DNA from: Psammoneis japonica
Lineage: Eukaryota
Assembly (NCBI GenBank): GCA_008632985.1
Contig: QPGO01000038.1
Span: forward strand, 87,939 to 151,938
Length of the DNA stretch: 64,000 bases
Reading direction: 5' to 3'
In this document: positions 62,521-64,000 of the stretch, piece by piece
Layout of the letters: every line of letters begins with the position of its first letter
How positions within the stretch are numbered: the first letter of the stretch is position 1
The notes under the pieces: generated by a model
What the model was told of the DNA's origin: nothing
Database searches by the model: none
The model's input: only the letters and a program-made list of their open reading frames with translations
Made by a program: the position numbers and the translations under genes

Positions 62521-64000
62521 GAGCCCTGTGCAAAAGAGCTGTGACACAAACTCCCGTTGGAGCATTTTGTGGTCACTGTGCTGAGCTTTCATCTGCTTTC
62601 TCATCCAATGCATGCCCAACCACTGATTTGCAGGTGCACTCTCCATTGTAAACTCTGGCACTCATTTCCATCTCAACAACATTTGATGGCATGGCATGTG
62701 TTTTCACAAAATTCTTTTGGCTGTTTTTCATTCTCAGACAACAGCCAAGGACCAAAGAATGCATGTGAAGCTGACAACAACTCCAGCAAGCATGTGGACA
62801 TTGACTGCAAGCAAGGTTTTCTGTGTCTTGCACCCCAGCTTCCTTTGCTCAGTGTCAGAGGTCACTCTGGGACAGGCACAGAGCTGAGATGGAGAGAGAT
62901 GGGTGTTTGACCTCCTCTGTTCTCCAGCTTCAAAAGTGCCCAACTCCCCTGGGAGAGCAGCTTCTCACACAGCAATGGCGCTTGCATGCATCAGCCCTTT
63001 TCTTGGATTTTCTGGCATTCCTTTTGCAGCTGCAAGCATGTGTTGCTTTGACTTCCACTTCTGCCATGCCAGCAAGGGATCGCCCCAAATGTGCTCAATG
63101 CACAAGATTGAGCATGCCTTTCCAAATGCTCTTGTTGCACAACTCGTTCATCAAACAAAAAGTGCGCCACATCACAGGCTTCACACTTGCACACTCCCTG
63201 TGCACCCAAAACAGGATGGGACAATTGTCTGCCAGATCACCTTTGCAGATGAAAATGGCAGGCCCTTTCCATGATCTGACCTTCAAAAAATCAGCAAAGC
63301 CTTTGTTGGGTTGACCCAAGAACTCCTGATGTGCTTGAAACATGCTCTCATCACCGTCAATTTTCTCCAACACAAAAGAAGCTGCCAAGAGCATGGCACA
63401 GCATTTTGTTTGTCTTTCAACACAGGTCCAGCCAAGGAGGGCATGCTGTGTGCCAGCGTGCCATGGTGTGCTGAGCTGGACAAACTGCAGCGCTTCTGGA
63501 GCATGACGGAGGCAGTCTTGGGACCCATGCCAGCAGGGAGTGTGGAGCAATTTTTTGGAATTTTGCACGCAGAAATGTGCGCGCAAAACACACGATGGAT
63601 GACAAAAACAATTGTGTCACAGATCAGCACTGTGAGCTCCCACCTGGGGCTGGAGCGCATCATTTCCACGTGTGATCTTCAAAAAAATTGTTCCAGACTC
63701 ACTGTTTTGCAAAACCCCAGATGTTTTGTTTGCAGCAAAATTGCAAGACCATCAATGCTCCAGGTGTGCAAGATGTGTGCACAAGATGCAAGCAAGATGT
63801 GTGTCAAATGCATGTGAGGTGCTTGGGTGAGATGTGTGCAAAATGTTTGAAAGAAGCGCGTGGGATGTGCGCAAGATGCACACAAACAAAATGTGCATGA
63901 CACACAAGACACACGCAAGGTGTTTGTGAGATGTTTGCAAAACATTTGTGAAGAAGTGTGTGTGAGGTGTTTTGCCAGGTGTGTGCACTGAGCATGTCAA

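Overview
Eukaryotic genomic DNA, most likely from a diatom (inferred from the helicase-associated-domain gene, CoDi-type Copia LTRs and short GT-AG introns). Three islands of intact host genes (~28.7-37.2 kb, ~42.05-43.4 kb, ~47.35-55.4 kb) alternate with four blocks of nested, decayed transposons (1-28.65 kb, 37.2-42.0 kb, 43.4-47.3 kb, 55.5-64 kb). Host genes encode a proline-iminopeptidase-like hydrolase, a GPR180/TMEM145-like protein, an HA-domain protein, a GT2 glycosyltransferase, a membrane protein, an S8 subtilase, an S1+NKAP protein and an FMO. Transposons include a Mutator-like element, a DDE transposase with an embedded 3'-5' exonuclease, a complete Ngaro/PAT-like tyrosine-recombinase retrotransposon, a three-LTR non-autonomous Copia, two MITEs and captured gene fragments (THIC, nucleotide-sugar transporter). 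The main observation is that the transposon blocks have lost nearly all TpA dinucleotides by TA->TG / TA->CA change (A-to-G on either strand), in addition to ordinary CpG decay. Conserved Tyr codons have become Cys or His, TAA/TAG stops are erased, and paired repeat copies show TA/TG/CA at the same site. Neighbouring host genes are untouched. This looks like a repeat-targeted A-to-G hypermutation process, opposite in direction to fungal RIP. I know of no description of it; its mechanism is inference, and a sequencing artefact must first be excluded.
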